Assembly (NCBI GenBank): GCA_963802945.1 | Contig: CAWDKY010000030.1 | Span: forward strand, 241,046-305,045 | DNA length: 64,000 nt | Direction: 5' to 3' | Source of the DNA: an uncultured delta proteobacterium | GTDB taxonomy: Bacteria > Desulfobacterota > RBG-13-43-22 | In this document: positions 61,395-64,000 of the stretch, piece by piece | Numbering within the stretch: position 1 is the first letter of the stretch | Layout: every line of letters starts with the position of its first letter | Notes under the pieces: generated by a model | Database searches by the model: none | The model's input: only the letters and a program-made list of their open reading frames with translations | What the model was told of the DNA's origin: nothing | Position numbers and translations under genes: made by a program

Positions 61395-61527
61395 GGGGAT
61401 GATGTGGTTTGTTCCATCCCTATTTCAATGATCCAGGCCGCCCTGGGAACCGAAATGGATGTGCCTACGTTAAACAGCTCAAAAAAATTGACCATCCCCA
61501 AAGGGACCCAAAACGGTCAAACCTTTA
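61395..61527 (+). pseudogene. DnaJ C-terminal fragment
   Basis: GDDVVCSIPISMIQAALGTEMDVPTL..LTIPKGTQNG. Confidence 0.7.
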
Positions 61528-61767
61528 TTCCCGTTCCTTCCGCAGTAAGCGGACTGGTTGGGTAAGGGCTGTACCCTGATGAAATTAACCAAAGATCACC
61601 AATTTATTGGCTGCAAGATAGGCGTTTTGAAAAATGCAAACTAAGGGATTAGGCAGTCACGTCCGCCCCAGGAAAAGAGCGGACGCATCTGCCGTTAGAT
61701 TATTCTGCCAACTTTTTAATGCGAAGGATCGTCTGAAGCTTCGTAGGCGGCCGGAGCAGCCGGGGGA

Positions 61768-62148
61768 TCACAAATTCGCCTTAACATATTTAGCCTTCCA
61801 GTTCCCCCAGGAGATTAAAAGAGAGGAAGTGAAATTCGCGTATTCGCCCCCGATCACAGTAGGTGCGATGAATTCCCCAAAATCGGCTGTGGAAAAGATG
61901 TTTGCAAAACCGGTCCATCTAATTCTTTCGCCTTTTTGCTCCCAGTATCCGCTCCAGCTACTATAGGTTGTCGAATCAAATGTGCCGTTGGAGTTGAAGC
62001 AGATGCCCTGCGTCAAGCCCGTAGTCAGGTTTGGCTCAATATAGAATGTCACATCCCATTGACCCACCGGCGATGGCGATCCTGCCATGGCGGCACCGGC
62101 TGCAACAAACACTGTAAGTATACTTAAAATAATTATTTTAACTTTCAT
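61768..62148 (-). CDS. Secreted hypothetical protein
   Basis: Signal peptide; RBS GAGGAGG; beta-rich. Confidence 0.75.
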   Translation of the reverse strand: MKVKIIILSILTVFVAAGAAMAGSPSPVGQWDVTFYIEPNLTTGLTQGICFNSNGTFDSTTYSSWSGYWEQKGERIRWTGFANIFSTADFGEFIAPTVIGGEYANFTSSLLISWGNWKAKYVKANL

Positions 62149-62289
62149 TGTATCCTCCTCTAAAAGTTGCGATCACGAAATTCTTTCTTTTTCGCGCCTT
62201 CTCCTGACCTCATCACCCCTTCTGTCAGCGCTCTCTTTTTTGACCCTATAAAAAAATGTTAGTAAGAAAATTTCCGAAAGTCAATGAAA

Positions 62290-62545
62290 AATCAGGTTTT
62301 CTGCGGTCCCTGAATCCATCCCCGTGAAAAAGAGGCCATGGAAAACCTGGCCCGCTATATCATCCAAGCCTCTTTTTCTCATGAACGAATGACCTATCTC
62401 CCGGAACCTGTCGAGAGCCTCAAGGTCGAACGAGAGTCCCGGATTATCTACCGCTCCAAGGACAACCGGCAAGAAAAAGATTTTGACGCCTTAGATTGGT
62501 CCCGCCTCTGGCGGGATAACGTCTCTCGGGGCTTCGTCAAAAAAA
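62290..62545 (+). mobile_element. IS91-family (Y2 HUH) transposase fragment
   Basis: EAMENLARYIIQASFSHERMTY..IIYRSKD..FDALDW; NVSRG. Confidence 0.75.
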
Positions 62546-62759
62546 TAAGAAAACCTACTTCCCTTACATATTTGAATATGCTCTTTGATCCGCTGCATAA
62601 AGACACAGGGCAGACCGTTGAGTTCAAATAGTAATCGTTAATTTTCGTTGCTATGGTTTTTGAGGACTTGTAGATGTAAGCCGCAAGAAGAGTTATCTGG
62701 ACACTATCCGTCAGCCCAAACTACTGGTCAGGACAACTTAGGGTAGTGATACAGGGCCT

Positions 62760-63010
62760 CTACCAAATGTCCTTGATCACCTGGGCCAAGCCCAATGCTT
62801 TCAATGTCTCTGGCAGGGGTTTTCCCCTCTGCTTATCCCACCCCATCCGTTGATAGTAATCATCCAGCATCTCATCCAACTTCGGCATGATAGTTTTTCC
62901 GGCAAAAGGCCCGCCAACAGGGGTTGAACCGTAACGGGTAGAAGGGGCCTCCGACGTCGAGTATGTCCTTCTCTGAAGTTATAAACACGCACCAACTTCA
63001 CAATACGTCT
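62760..63010 (-). pseudogene. Aldehyde ferredoxin oxidoreductase C-terminal fragment
   Basis: YNFREG..DEMLDDYYQRMGWD..GKPLPETLKALGL. Confidence 0.75.
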
Positions 63011-63243
63011 TTCAATTATAAATGAACCGGCAAAAAAAACATTTCTCAAAAACAGATCTGCCTTTTTCATCCGGGAAGAATTACAGGGGTCGGTCTTGGA
63101 AATATAAGTTTTTAAATTTGTGATTCAGATATGTTCGCTTAAACTTATTCTGAAAAAGATTGTGATTTGTTGGAGAAATCTCTATATTATAATTAAAGAG
63201 GTGATTTTTGATCTTAGTGCCCAAGGCAAAAGAAGGAGAGTCA

Positions 63244-63705
63244 ATGCCTAGAAATGTCAGAAGAAAAGACAGGGAAATAAGTATTGAATCGGCGACCCAG
63301 TTACTCGCCGAAGGGGAATACGGGGTTTTGTCCACAGCGGGTACGGATGGGCAGGCCTATGGGGTTCCCTTGAATTATGTTTATAAAAACAATTGCCTGT
63401 ACTTCCATTGCGCCCTGGAGGGCCATAAACTGGACAATATCAAGGCCAATAATAAGGTCTCTTTTTGTGTGGTCGGCCGGGCCAGGGTCCTTCCGGACAA
63501 ATTTACAACCAATATGAGAGTGCCGTTGCCTTTGGGACGGCTTCCGAGGTGCAGGGGAGCGAGAGGCATGAGGCCCTTTTAAGTATTGTAGAAAAATACT
63601 CCCGGATTTCATGGAAGAAGGCAAAAAGACCATTGCCAAATATAATGACAAGACCAGGGTTATAAAAATAGCCATTAATCAATAACCGGAAAAGCCAGGA
63701 AATAA
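63244..63705 (+). pseudogene. Pyridoxamine-5'-phosphate oxidase / NimA-like protein, frameshifted
   Basis: RRKDREI, YGVPLNY, YFHCALEGHKLDNI..VSFCV. Confidence 0.85.
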
Positions 63706-63899
63706 ATTGCACTATTAAAGGGCTGACCAAAGCCCTTATCTTATTATTAACACACCGGCCAGACTGGCCTATGAGAAGCACGGATTTAAATTTGATAGTG
63801 AAAAAAGAAATCCTGAGTTCGAAGCTGTTTTCGGCACTCCGGGGATAACCAAGCTTCTGCTTGATCTTTAGAGCAATACTGACAAAGGAGAAAAGAAAA

Positions 63900-64000
63900 A
63901 TGGATATCCGATTTTATCAGATTGATGCATTCACCGATAAGGTTTTTTCCGGAAACCCGGCCGGGGTGTGCTTTCTGGATCGATGGCTGGATAAGACCCA
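63900..64000 (+). CDS. PhzF-family isomerase (partial)
   Basis: MDIRFYQIDAFTDKVFSGNPAGV. Confidence 0.88.
   Translation, partial: MDIRFYQIDAFTDKVFSGNPAGVCFLDRWLDKT

Overview
Probably a Desulfobacterota/deltaproteobacterial anaerobe (inferred from gene content and repeat types); many 1-bp indels suggest long-read errors. 1-11.4 kb: acyl-CoA and redox metabolism (glcD-like oxidase, acyl-CoA dehydrogenase, gcdA, SDR, AKR, ECH, CinA, CoA-transferase). 11.4-27.5 kb: six ORF6N (KilA-N-like) DNA-binding genes plus remnants, interleaved with about 12 copies of a leader-hairpin/terminator repeat and with cargo (toxin-antitoxin pairs, transporter, carboxyltransferase, MaoC pair). Each ORF6N gene has, at the same position, an odd-centred DNA palindrome whose arms co-vary between paralogs and which is translated in two different frames. 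Three free copies of this segment lie stacked upstream of the last gene. 28.8-56 kb: an integrase-less, cassette-like array of mostly single, co-oriented genes separated by copies of a modular spacer that begins with GGGGTCGGACC and ends in a portable sigma70 promoter. 58-64 kb: decayed region with a MITE, IS91 fragments and gene fragments. No rRNA, tRNA, CRISPR, integrase or intact transposase was seen. All family assignments come from motif recognition, not database searches.
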